Source: Dehalococcoidia bacterium (GTDB lineage: Bacteria; Chloroflexota; Dehalococcoidia; Bin125). Taken from it: a stretch of DNA of 36,143 bases. Below, one piece after another: positions 17,901 through 26,434 of the stretch (position 1 is its first letter; every line of letters starts with the position of its first letter). A program made the translations under genes and the position numbers. Location of the stretch: positions 1-36,143 of the forward strand of contig RKRS01000220.1 in NCBI GenBank assembly GCA_007571275.1, in the 5' to 3' direction. The notes below the pieces were generated by a model that made no database searches, had not been told where the DNA came from, and worked only from the letters and a program-made list of their open reading frames with translations.

Positions 17901-18324
17901 TCTGGGTGGCGAAGCTGGCGTGATACGCGTCCGGCGAGTCGAACGGCTCATCGTCCGTGCGCAGCACGTATCCGCCCGTCCGCATGGCCGCCATCCGACC
18001 GACGATCAGCGACTCGGCGGCAATGCCAACCTCGTCCTGGATCAATGACTCCACAGAGTCGACGGACTCAGCGTTCGCAGTCACGTTGGTACGGACGAAT
18101 CGCAGGTCGAGCGCTTCTGGTTCTGCGTCAGCGATGGTTTGCCGCAAGCCGAGGTCGCGGACCGCCTCAATGAAGACGGGCGCGCTGCTGGCCAACCCGA
18201 CTGCAAGCAGCGCGCCGATCAGTAACACCGCCGACAATCTCGGCGCTGAGCCGATTCGCCGAATCGCCAGGCGCGCCAATTCACGCGCGGTTTCGCCGCG
18301 TGGCGTCGGTGTTTGTTGGGCCAT
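14977..18324 (-). CDS. FtsX-like ABC transporter permease, giant two-module form (1115 aa, about 10 TM)
   Basis: There are two FtsX-type modules. Each has a large extracytoplasmic domain followed by helices around the cytoplasmic motif (RTEDTAWLRSRGARQRDV and RRVEFAVCQSVGMSIRQIL). The ATG at 18322-18324 overlaps the upstream gene's TGA in an ATGA. Confidence 0.8.
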   Translation of the reverse strand: MAQQTPTPRGETARELARLAIRRIGSAPRLSAVLLIGALLAVGLASSAPVFIEAVRDLGLRQTIADAEPEALDLRFVRTNVTANAESVDSVESLIQDEVGIAAESLIVGRMAAMRTGGYVLRTDDEPFDSPDAYHASFATQTDAEDGYDIVEGQAPQEARDILEVAVESEQARTFGLGIGDELLAQPFWLGQAHETRVRVVGLLSPSEDVRHWSTLDPTYLPIAARDSELRFWTTRAGILGILADQSPTLRLTLLQRFHTDLTGASAAEASAAAQALEQMTRRIAQSIEGVQQETELVDTLLGFSSRFQFAQSTLLMIVLQLVGAVLVYAVIAAAMLAEQRTEDTAWLRSRGARQRDVALLHIVEAAMLTAPAIALGPLIGMGLVSLLGFVSPFDEALAATNAGPFLPVSLPAESWYLALGAGALALLAQAVPTYRATRQTMVTTRRERGRPPTSWTQRALIDAAIAGLGALLIFELQWAGEPIDSPLVGETRLDWLAVATPTVLLFVVGLIVLRLFPPAMRTLARLASPWRSLTLLLSAWYLGRTPTHYARTVLLLTIAGALAVFAASFRTTLDTSYDDRALHAVGASVRLAEPFSVDIPFERIEQVSGGTVARLKRIAGAFDGDEDSGRLQIGALDAAVVAEQLAERDTDWALPPADLASIATTLDATDRATIADFGGLLELRVAIVSLSQDTPVGIKVLDANGRYWWYLIDVLSVEDAQPMAEFVTLSARLGRQPNAYLPLEGARPVQAASRFRPGVTDRPAAPLTLISLDLASTRAAGEIVLDDLVYRHAGESQQLADFTSDRWEATPLLVGEEPLDFFLVAESGARYAWNAIPASLRGVRYIAERNPLPVLLSVEAMQQGRLQIGETVRIRVGPTPMTFEVVGQFETFPSYDAQRDDPLVLVDRAVLVERFYGSAAAGVALAVRDELWVSAPLNQWDELLVEYGAPLASGAIATTESARAELAADPLIIASWNGVFIGAVAAVAIASAFGLIVLTAVTAQARRVEFAVCQSVGMSIRQILSLIALEQLCVIVIGLGAGLIVGTQAGAILLDFFALTPDGRDVVPPLEFIIDWRGVGILFGALVALFALNLGAFLWFLRRIELHGALRLAA

Positions 18325-21300
18325 CAGTCCGCGCCCTCCCGCAGGAGTGGGGCTGCGTCCTGGCCGGTCGCCCAGCGCGAAATCGCCGCCGTTCCGAGGA
18401 TCGTGCAGGCAATGATCACGGCCACGCCGACTCCCGCCAACACCCAGTCGATAGATAGCGCGGTCGGTGGCGCCGCCGCAACGCCTTCAGCCGTGACATC
18501 GAGGAAGGCCAACAACGCGCCGGCTACCACGCGCCCCAGTCCGAATCCCAGCGCGACGCCCACGGCGAGTACGAGTCCGACCTCAACCGCCGCCTGACTG
18601 GTCAGGCCGCCGCGTCCCGCTCCGACAGTGCGCATCAGAGCGAACTCGCGCGCACGCTCACCGCCTGCCGCTGCGAGCGTGAAGATCAGCGCCGCCGATC
18701 CCACGACCAACAGTCCGATGAAGCCAACGACAAACAGCGCCGCCGCGCCACCGGAACGAAACGGATCCTGCTCGCCAGCATTGATCTGCGCCTCGGCGTC
18801 GAGCACCGAGCTGGCGAGATAGACATCGTCCAGCAACTCGGTCGCGATGAGTCGTCCCACATTACTATCGGTCGCCGCCCAGACTTCGGTGATTGGCAGC
18901 ACGGCCTGCGCCGCAGACACCAGCGCCGCGCTGCGCAGAGCCAATACATCCGCAATCAGAAATCCGCCCTGCGCCGGATTGAGCGTGGGAAAGTAGTCGA
19001 CCGCCGCCGTAATCCGTACGGGAATGCTGGCGTTGTTGAGCTCAATCGAGACCACATCCCCGATATGCAGGCCGGCCGCCTCCATCGACCTCTGATCCAT
19101 CGCTGCATTGACTGGCAGATTCGGTGATTCCCGAACGATGATGCGTTCATCGTTTGGGCCCAATTGAGACCAGTGGTAACGGAGCGCGCTTCCCGCGAAT
19201 TCAATCCGATCCTCGCCCGTTCCGCCTGATGCGGCAATCCACGGCCCGGCGCGGTCGAACGATTCAACAGGAATCGCCTCATCGCCGATCTGCGCCGTGA
19301 TCTCCTCGATGTACAGCGTCCCGGTGGGCGCGCGCACGACCCGCGCCTGCGGTCGGAGAATGATCGCCGCAATCCGTAGCGGCTGTGTCAGCCCACCCAG
19401 CGGCGCGCGCATGGTCGTCAGATCCGCATCCACTGTCGATTTGGTGTTGGTTCGGAATTGGCGCATGTGCACCTGTCCGCGACTGTCAAGTACCCGTGCG
19501 GCCAGCTCGAGGTTGCTGCTGCCCGGATCGCTGCGCACGGCAATCGTGAGCGCGTCGACGCCGTCGGGCAACGTCTGACCCACCCGACCTGGCTCACGCG
19601 CGACCGCGCGAATCAAGTCGTCGGACGGCATCCCCAACAGGCCATCATCCAGTCTGACGGCCTCGTCCAATTGGGCGGTCTCCAGCCCCAGCATCACGAC
19701 GCGGCTCCCCGCCCGATCTCCACCAATCGCGCCGATGCCGCGATACGCCGCCACGGCGCTGATCCCCTCGCGACGGTCCAGCGGCTCCGTCACTCGGGAG
19801 ATGGTCGAATAGGACAGATTGCCGCCAATCGATACCCCGCGAATGTCAGAACCGATGGCGTACTCAATCCGCTCACGCTCGACCGTCCGGATCGTCGAGG
19901 CGTACGTCGCGGAGATCAGCCCGACCGCCGTGATGAATGCGACCAATGCGGTCAACAGCATCGGTCCAGTCGGGTTCCGCGCGACATTGAGCAGACCGAG
20001 ATAGAGCCAGGAGGGAATCGGCGCTCTGGACAGCGCAGCGGCGGTCAGCCCCCAGATGCGAGGCGCCAGCCTCATGATCGTGAGCGCCGCGCCAAGCAAG
20101 AGCAGGCCGGGACTGAGCATCAGGACGGGATTGATCCCCTCGGACTCAAAGGCCGCGAGCGCGCCGCCCGACGCTTCCGATTCGAACTGCAGAAACAGGA
20201 CGGCGGCCAATATCAATAGAGCGACATCCAGCCAGGCCCGCTGGATCAGGGACTGCCTCTGTGGTCGCGCGGTGGCGACCCGCTGGTTCGCGCGCTGTCG
20301 CGCATCGAACCAGGCTGGAGCGGCGAAAGCGATCCAGGCTATCAACGCGCCGGCGATCGCGAGCGCCCACGCTTCCCAGGTCAGGCGTGTGTCGAACGGT
20401 TCGCCGCCCGAAACCCGCGAGACTGCGCCAAGGCGTCCGGCATGGCTCAGCGCGAACGCGGCCAGCGGAGCGCCGAGCAGCGCCGCCGGAACGGCGGCGA
20501 TCCCACCGAGGATCGCCTGCGCACCCGCCTGCTGCCAGGGGCGCGCGCCGCGGGCGGCCAGGCGCTCACGGTCGACCCGTGTCCGCTGGGCCATCACCCG
20601 ACCAACCAGCGCCACGCCAAACATGGCCACCGCCGCGATCTGCAATCCGGCGAGCAATGATTGCCCGGCCGAGAAGTGGGCCTGTCGGGCGAAGGTCTGC
20701 AGGGCGCGCAGCAGCAGAGTTCCCGCCGATCCGCCCTCCAGTCGGCTCGATTGCTGTATCCATGCGCTGAGCGCTTCGAGTAGATCGTCCACCTGGTCCG
20801 AGTTCAGCGCGCCAGTTCGAAGCTCGGTGCGCATCCGATGCGTGACCGGCTCGCCAAATGCTTCCAGCGCGGCCGGGCTGACAAACAGACCGAAGTACGG
20901 TTCCTCAACGCCGCCCGCGGTGAGGTTGATCTGCAGATCGAACCAGACGTCGGTGTAGTGAAACGCGAGTACGCCAGTCACGTCGGCAGCAAGCGGCTCG
21001 ATGATGCCCGTGATCGTGAATCGTTGGCCCCCGTCAAAGCTGACCACACTACCGACGCCCAGTCCCACGTCCTCGGCAAGCTCGGCGCCGATCACCGCCT
21101 GATCGCTACCACGAGCCCAGTCGCCGTCAACCAGTCGGGCATGGAGTTCCAGCTGCTCGAAGCTCATCAGATAGGCGAGCAGCGACTCGTTCAGATCGTT
21201 GTCCAGACGAGTGAAGTTGGCAAAGGAGCGCGGCGTTTCCATGATCCGACGCGTCTCGCCCAGAAAGTCGGGAAATTGTCCCAGATGCTGGGCGCCGATC

Positions 21301-21566
21301 TCTTCCGCGAGCTGATCGACCGCCTCAAAGTCCTCAATCTCGGCGGGGCGGAAGGCGCGCGCGTGGTCGGCGAAGGTCGCGGCTCGGGGCGATTGTTCGA
21401 TCAGTTCACGCAGGGCGAGATCAGCGGAGGCGGCTCGGAAGACGAGTGGTAACGCGACCAGTCCGGCCGCGATGATCAGCAACGACGCCGCGCCGATCAT
21501 CAGCATCCATCCGCCGCGCAGTTCGCGTAAGGCGGCCAGTCTCAGCAGACGGAAGAGTCCAAGCAT
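18324..21566 (-). CDS. FtsX-like ABC transporter permease, giant two-module form (1080 aa, about 10 TM)
   Basis: Same architecture as the downstream paralog. FtsX-type loops are RVDRERLAARGARPWQ and RAREFALMRTVGAGRGGL. The N-terminal TM is MLMIGAASLLIIAAGLVALPLVF, and two large loops lie between the TM bundles. Confidence 0.8.
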   Translation of the reverse strand: MLGLFRLLRLAALRELRGGWMLMIGAASLLIIAAGLVALPLVFRAASADLALRELIEQSPRAATFADHARAFRPAEIEDFEAVDQLAEEIGAQHLGQFPDFLGETRRIMETPRSFANFTRLDNDLNESLLAYLMSFEQLELHARLVDGDWARGSDQAVIGAELAEDVGLGVGSVVSFDGGQRFTITGIIEPLAADVTGVLAFHYTDVWFDLQINLTAGGVEEPYFGLFVSPAALEAFGEPVTHRMRTELRTGALNSDQVDDLLEALSAWIQQSSRLEGGSAGTLLLRALQTFARQAHFSAGQSLLAGLQIAAVAMFGVALVGRVMAQRTRVDRERLAARGARPWQQAGAQAILGGIAAVPAALLGAPLAAFALSHAGRLGAVSRVSGGEPFDTRLTWEAWALAIAGALIAWIAFAAPAWFDARQRANQRVATARPQRQSLIQRAWLDVALLILAAVLFLQFESEASGGALAAFESEGINPVLMLSPGLLLLGAALTIMRLAPRIWGLTAAALSRAPIPSWLYLGLLNVARNPTGPMLLTALVAFITAVGLISATYASTIRTVERERIEYAIGSDIRGVSIGGNLSYSTISRVTEPLDRREGISAVAAYRGIGAIGGDRAGSRVVMLGLETAQLDEAVRLDDGLLGMPSDDLIRAVAREPGRVGQTLPDGVDALTIAVRSDPGSSNLELAARVLDSRGQVHMRQFRTNTKSTVDADLTTMRAPLGGLTQPLRIAAIILRPQARVVRAPTGTLYIEEITAQIGDEAIPVESFDRAGPWIAASGGTGEDRIEFAGSALRYHWSQLGPNDERIIVRESPNLPVNAAMDQRSMEAAGLHIGDVVSIELNNASIPVRITAAVDYFPTLNPAQGGFLIADVLALRSAALVSAAQAVLPITEVWAATDSNVGRLIATELLDDVYLASSVLDAEAQINAGEQDPFRSGGAAALFVVGFIGLLVVGSAALIFTLAAAGGERAREFALMRTVGAGRGGLTSQAAVEVGLVLAVGVALGFGLGRVVAGALLAFLDVTAEGVAAAPPTALSIDWVLAGVGVAVIIACTILGTAAISRWATGQDAAPLLREGAD

Positions 21567-21777
21567 GATGCTGCAATGTTACGACTGCGCGTATTGTCCG
21601 ACGCCGGCGCGCGGACGCCCTGTCGTTCTGTCGCTTCAGTTGCCTCTGTCCCGATCGGCGCTTAGCCTGTGCCTAACTAGTTGTCCCACTGGAGATCACA
21701 TCAGATCGCAAGTGCGGCGCTGGCCTACACATCCGAGCTGAATCGATACCGCCGGAAACACTGTCAGGAGCACGCGT

Positions 21778-22569
21778 ATGACTACACAGGCCGAAACTCA
21801 TTCGCAGATCGTCACCGAGGTCTCGGGACTCAAAGTGAATGCATTGCAAGATGGCAGTGGACCGAATCTTGTCGTGCTGCACCACTCGACCGGACCAGGC
21901 TGGATCCCCTTCTACGATCTGCTGGCCGCCAACCACACCGTGACCGCCATCGACATGCCCGGCTACGGACAGTCGGAGCGCCCTGCCTGGGCTCGACACC
22001 CGCGCGACATCGCGATCATGCTGCACAGCGCGATCCACAAGATGGGCATCGACAGCGACGCGCATCTGCTGGGCATGGGCTTTGGCGGCTGGGTCGCCGC
22101 CGAGCTTGCCTCGATGCACCTGCACGGACTCGACAGCTTGACGCTGGTTGGCGCCGCCGGTGTCCAGCCGGAAGAGGGCGAAATCGCCGACGTGATCTTC
22201 TACGAGTTCGAGGAATACGTGAAGCTCGGCTTCTCCTCGGACGAGGCCTACGCCGAAGTCTTTGGCGACGAAGCAGCGCCAGAGCTCAAGGAACTGTGGG
22301 ACTTCTCGCGTGAGATGACCGCGCGGCTGACCTGGAAGCCGTGGATGTTCAACCGTCAGTTGCCACATCTGCTGTCTGAGGTCGAGACGCCGACGCTGTT
22401 GCTCTGGGGCGAGAACGACCGCGTCGTCCCGATCGGCGTCGCCGAGGTGTACGACGCGAACCTGCCCAACAGCCGCATTCAGGTGCTCGAGGGACTGGGA
22501 CACCTCGTCGAGCTGGAGAACCCGCAGGCCACGGCTGACGCCGTGACCTCGTTCATCGGCAGCCTCTGA
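21778..22569 (+). CDS. Alpha/beta hydrolase fold protein lacking the canonical Ser nucleophile
   Basis: 263 aa with AGGAG about 8 nt upstream of the ATG. Fold markers are LVVLHH..G, AIDMPGYGQS, LLWGENDRVVP and GLGHLVELENP. The nucleophile elbow reads GMGFGG (22072-22089) where G-x-S-x-G is expected. Confidence 0.8.
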   Translation: MTTQAETHSQIVTEVSGLKVNALQDGSGPNLVVLHHSTGPGWIPFYDLLAANHTVTAIDMPGYGQSERPAWARHPRDIAIMLHSAIHKMGIDSDAHLLGMGFGGWVAAELASMHLHGLDSLTLVGAAGVQPEEGEIADVIFYEFEEYVKLGFSSDEAYAEVFGDEAAPELKELWDFSREMTARLTWKPWMFNRQLPHLLSEVETPTLLLWGENDRVVPIGVAEVYDANLPNSRIQVLEGLGHLVELENPQATADAVTSFIGSL

Positions 22570-22655
22570 GCGGCTGCGGATCACCTATCATCTTGGAGAA
22601 TGGATATCCGACCCACGCAACTGGACGCTGAGTCGGAGGAACAGGAACCGGAACC

Positions 22656-23951
22656 ATGTTCGTTGGCTACTTCACGGAACGTCCATATCAGGACTTCGAG
22701 TCAGGCTGGGTCGGCGCGACCGGGCGTGAGATCGAAGACCTGGGGATGACCAACGGGGACTACGACCCCCGCATCGGCGCGGAGCTGTACAACCGCTACC
22801 TCGACGAGAAGGTCTACGCGGAAGAAATGGGCTTCGACGGGCTGATGCTCAACGAGCATCACTCGACACCCTTCTGCATGGGTGGCGTGATGAACGTTGA
22901 AGCAGCGATCCTCGCCCGCATCACCAAGCGCGCCAAGATCGTTCTGCTCGGTAACGTCCTGCCGATCTGGGAAGACCCGCTCTGGTTGGCTGAGGAGCTG
23001 GCCGAGATCGACATGATCTCACGCGGTCGCCTGGTAACCGGCTGGGTGCGCGGTACCGGCCGCGAGTCGGTCGCTCACAACTCCCAGTCGCCCTTCAACT
23101 GGGAACGCTTCCAGGAGGCCCACGACTTCGTCGTCAAGGCCTGGTCAACTCCCGGCCCCTTCCGCTGGGAAGGCGAGCACTACCAGTATCGCTACGTCAA
23201 CCCTTGGGCCCGCCCCTACCAGGAGCCGCACCCGCAGATCTGGATCCCGGGCGTGATGTCGCGTAACACCGTCAAGTGGTGCGCCGAGCATCGCTACCCC
23301 TACGTGATGCTTGCGACAGAGATCGAACCGACCAAGAAATCGTTCGAGTATTACGACGAAGTCGCTCAGGAAAACGGCTACGAGGCCTCGACCGAGCACC
23401 ATGGCTACCTGTTCAAGGTGCACGTCGACGAGACCGAGGAACTCGCCGAAGAGGCGGGTCGCAAGTACATCTCCGGCCCCGCCAACCCGTTCCTTGAGGG
23501 CAACCAGGGCACCGTGCGCAGCAACCTGCAGAATCTGCCCGGCCTGACCTCACGCACGCAGCTGCTGCCGACGGTCACGACCTTCGCCGCCGCCGCGCGT
23601 GGTCGCCAGGCTGCCCGCGACGCCGCCCTCGCCGAGAAGGAAGCCGAGCAGGACAAGCGCGACGCCGACGCCTTCGGCACCTACGAAGAGCAGGTCAACA
23701 AGTACTCGATCATCACCGGTACGCCGAAGACGGTCATTCCCAAGATCCGCCATGTGCTCGAGGAACTGCGACCCGGCAACATCTTCTTCTGGGACGGCGA
23801 TGGCGCCATGAACCACGAAGACGCCATGCGCTCGCTCCGCCTGTTCGGCGAGGAAGTCATTCCCGCCGTCCGCGAGATGGGCAAGGAGCTCGACCTCAAG
23901 GGCGCCTTCGAGGTCGACACTCAGACCGGCGCGCCGCTCTCAGGCGACTAG
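22656..23951 (+). CDS. LLM-class (luciferase-like) flavin-dependent oxidoreductase/monooxygenase
   Basis: 431 aa. The N-terminal MFVGYFTERPYQ, EEMGFDGLMLNEHHSTPF, LGNVLPIWEDPLWLAEELAEIDMISRGRL and RPYQEPHPQIWIPG are typical of the luciferase-like TIM-barrel family. Confidence 0.85.
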   Translation: MFVGYFTERPYQDFESGWVGATGREIEDLGMTNGDYDPRIGAELYNRYLDEKVYAEEMGFDGLMLNEHHSTPFCMGGVMNVEAAILARITKRAKIVLLGNVLPIWEDPLWLAEELAEIDMISRGRLVTGWVRGTGRESVAHNSQSPFNWERFQEAHDFVVKAWSTPGPFRWEGEHYQYRYVNPWARPYQEPHPQIWIPGVMSRNTVKWCAEHRYPYVMLATEIEPTKKSFEYYDEVAQENGYEASTEHHGYLFKVHVDETEELAEEAGRKYISGPANPFLEGNQGTVRSNLQNLPGLTSRTQLLPTVTTFAAAARGRQAARDAALAEKEAEQDKRDADAFGTYEEQVNKYSIITGTPKTVIPKIRHVLEELRPGNIFFWDGDGAMNHEDAMRSLRLFGEEVIPAVREMGKELDLKGAFEVDTQTGAPLSGD

Positions 23952-23961
23952 GAACACCAGC

Positions 23962-25161
23962 ATGTCTACCCCTCCCCCCGAGATAGGTAGACAGACGACC
24001 ACGCAGCGAGGCCTGCGCCGCACCTGCGCGGCGTGGGCCTCGCTCGTTCTCATCCTCGCTGTCACTGCGTCTGCGCTCGCTACCGCCTGCAACGACGCCA
24101 TCCCCACAGCGCTGCCACCCGATGCAGAAATCTTGGCTCCTGCCCCACTTCACCCTCAGATATCGTTCTACGCGACCACTTCTAACGTCATAGACCCCGT
24201 TGTAAGAGATCGCGTCGTCTCCGTACATATAACTTCCCCGATCGGAAACGATCAAGACCTCACTCTGACAGTCTTTTGTAAGAAAGAAAGTCTGCATTCT
24301 ATTGGTGACGGAGACTACTTACTCTCCGCTTACCCCACAAACAAGACCGTCCTGTCGCTGAGGTACTACGGCCTGTCTAAGCTAGGTCAGAAAAGGAACG
24401 TCGAGTGGGTTGCCTCAACTGGCGTGTCTGGCGGCGGCATATGGATCTGGCCTGAGGAGTTTGAGCGCCTTTTTGGCGGCCTTACACCAGTGGACGCTGA
24501 CGAAGCCGCAGCCCTCCTGGAAGCTCTCAAGTCTGCCGACTTTGTCGAATTTACCATCTTCGGTGGTAGTGTTCGCGTTGCAACCCACGGCCTCCTCCAG
24601 ACTCCCGTCCAGGCAGAGCTGGAGCGCTGTGCCGCTGGGGAACCACTTCTTGAATCAGACACGTCGACCATATACAGCGCGTATTACTATCCAGAGCACG
24701 GTCACCATCAGGTTGTGGCTGCTGTCAGCGATTCTGGGTCGTTCGAGAGCTATCTGCGTGTCGCTTGCGGTCGTTGGCACAGTCCGGAAACGTCCATTTG
24801 GGAGAGCGCGAGCGACAGACCTGTCCATCTTGTGATCGGGTTCTGGGGAGATACACGCGACGAATGGTCGGGATTCCGCGTCAGTGTCGCGCTCGACGGC
24901 GGAACCTTCCAGGAAGTCGACTGGCGCGTCCGGGAGCCGGGTCAATGGTGGGTTGGGGACATAATACCAACGGGTCAAGAAGCCAATGAAGACTTTCTTC
25001 GCCAGGCCAGAGACGCGAGCGAAGTCACCTTTAAGTTCGAAGGTGATGAGCTAGAGGAAACCCACACCTTCGACCTCGGCGCGCTGTTCAGCACCCCAGT
25101 CCAGCCCTACCTCGACACCTGCGGCCAGGAAGAGCCCGTCGTCGCTGCTCCCCGCCGTTGA
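23962..25161 (+). CDS. Secreted or lipid-anchored protein of unknown family, paralog A (internally duplicated two-module protein)
   Basis: 399 aa. The basic N-terminus, hydrophobic stretch WASLVLILAVTASALATAC and Cys indicate a signal peptide or lipobox-like site. It starts 10 nt after the LLM stop. The body is low in GC. It shares its termini with the next gene. Confidence 0.7.
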   Translation: MSTPPPEIGRQTTTQRGLRRTCAAWASLVLILAVTASALATACNDAIPTALPPDAEILAPAPLHPQISFYATTSNVIDPVVRDRVVSVHITSPIGNDQDLTLTVFCKKESLHSIGDGDYLLSAYPTNKTVLSLRYYGLSKLGQKRNVEWVASTGVSGGGIWIWPEEFERLFGGLTPVDADEAAALLEALKSADFVEFTIFGGSVRVATHGLLQTPVQAELERCAAGEPLLESDTSTIYSAYYYPEHGHHQVVAAVSDSGSFESYLRVACGRWHSPETSIWESASDRPVHLVIGFWGDTRDEWSGFRVSVALDGGTFQEVDWRVREPGQWWVGDIIPTGQEANEDFLRQARDASEVTFKFEGDELEETHTFDLGALFSTPVQPYLDTCGQEEPVVAAPRR

Positions 25162-25186
25162 TTTTGCCCCCCAATAGGAGGCTATC

Positions 25187-26416
25187 GTGCCATCATTGAT
25201 TCACTCCCTCTCTCAGCGATACCCAGACTGGGGCCGCATTCACACGGCGCGGGCCTCGCTCACTCTCGCCCTGGTCTTGGCCTTGTCCCTGCTCAGCGTC
25301 GCCTGCAACGACGCCATCCCCACAGCCTCACAGGTGGAGCAAACCGCCCCAGAGCAAGCACCCAGACTGCTCTCGCTGCCCGGGGGGATTTCGTTCAACA
25401 TTCTTAGGTATGCGGAATACCCGCAGTTGCGCGCAATCATGATCGGGAGTCAGGCGACTGACGCAGGACGTGAAGTGCGTCTGTTCATCTCTTGCCTGGA
25501 GGAGGGGCCGAGCTTCAATCAGAGCGCTGGCGAACGCCCGCCTACTTGGCCTCGCAACCGGATCACCGCCAGGCTCTTTTACTCCGCTGCAGAGGGAACG
25601 GCATTGGGCGCAGTCGGCCCATCGAACGTCCAATGGGTCACCTCAACCGGCGACTCAGGCGGAGGTCGCTGGACCAAGCACAGCGACTCTGATGTTCAAG
25701 TAGACATCAGCGCCTCAGGCAGCACCGCTCTCGTCGCTGCTCTTGAGTCGGCCGAGTTCGTCACCTTTACCGTTGACGACGACCAGCTCCCTGACCTCCC
25801 AACCCGCGGCCTCCTCCAGACCCCAGCGCAGCCAGACCTCAACCGCTGTGTCGCGGCGGAGCCACCGCCCCAAACTCTCATGTCTACTCAATACAGCGGT
25901 TACGTGAGTGAAGACGCGCAGAGCTCTGTAGTGGCCGCAACAGTAATGGTAAACGCGGTTGGGGGGTTGAGTGAGGGATCGCCGGCTCTCGCGAGTGTCA
26001 CCGTCTACTGCGCCACCATCGATGATTCGGAAGCATCCAGCTCGAAGCTGGATTCCGATTTCCCAGTTCAGCTAGGCGTCGAGTTCTTCAGTGATACCTA
26101 TGTGGCCACTCCCGACGGCGCCCGCGTCCATATTGCCTTCGACGGTGAGGACGGACAAGCACTCATCTGGAACCTCACAGCTCCAGATGAGTCAGTTAGC
26201 CATGGACATATATTCGCTCCGGCGGAATTGCAAGCGCAGGACGAGTTCTTTCGACGGTCCGAAGATGCAGAGACCGTTACCTTCTCGTTCGTCGTAGACG
26301 AGACAGCCATGAAAACCTACACCTTCGACCTCGATGCCCTGTTCAGCACCCCAGTCCAACCCTACCTCGACACCTGCGGCCAGGAAGAGTCCATCGTCTC
26401 AGCCCCTCGCCGCTGA
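25187..26416 (+). CDS. Secreted or lipid-anchored protein of unknown family, paralog B
   Basis: 409 aa from a GTG start, with AGGAGG (25176-25181) 5 nt upstream. The signal-like region is LTLALVLALSLLSVAC. It shares ACNDAIPTA, W(V)xSTGxSGGG, GLLQTPxQ..L.RC and the C-terminal TFDL.ALFSTPVQPYLDTCGQEE with paralog A. Confidence 0.7.
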   Translation: MPSLIHSLSQRYPDWGRIHTARASLTLALVLALSLLSVACNDAIPTASQVEQTAPEQAPRLLSLPGGISFNILRYAEYPQLRAIMIGSQATDAGREVRLFISCLEEGPSFNQSAGERPPTWPRNRITARLFYSAAEGTALGAVGPSNVQWVTSTGDSGGGRWTKHSDSDVQVDISASGSTALVAALESAEFVTFTVDDDQLPDLPTRGLLQTPAQPDLNRCVAAEPPPQTLMSTQYSGYVSEDAQSSVVAATVMVNAVGGLSEGSPALASVTVYCATIDDSEASSSKLDSDFPVQLGVEFFSDTYVATPDGARVHIAFDGEDGQALIWNLTAPDESVSHGHIFAPAELQAQDEFFRRSEDAETVTFSFVVDETAMKTYTFDLDALFSTPVQPYLDTCGQEESIVSAPRR

Positions 26417-26434
26417 CAGCGGTACGCTGACGCT

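Noticed and set aside
21567-21777. Possible ncRNA or small gene in the 211-nt divergent region between the FtsX operon and the alpha/beta-fold gene
   Set aside because: I saw no convincing stem-loops, repeats or coding signal. The listed 89-aa ORF (21472-21741) overlaps the FtsX start and looks non-coding. The region is best treated as a divergent promoter region of unknown architecture.
23962-26416. Low-GC paralog pair as a mobile element or genomic island
   Set aside because: There is no integrase, transposase, tRNA target or flanking direct repeat. The genes are tightly embedded (10-25 nt gaps) in an operon. Atypical composition alone does not support a mobile_element call, so I kept it as a finding.
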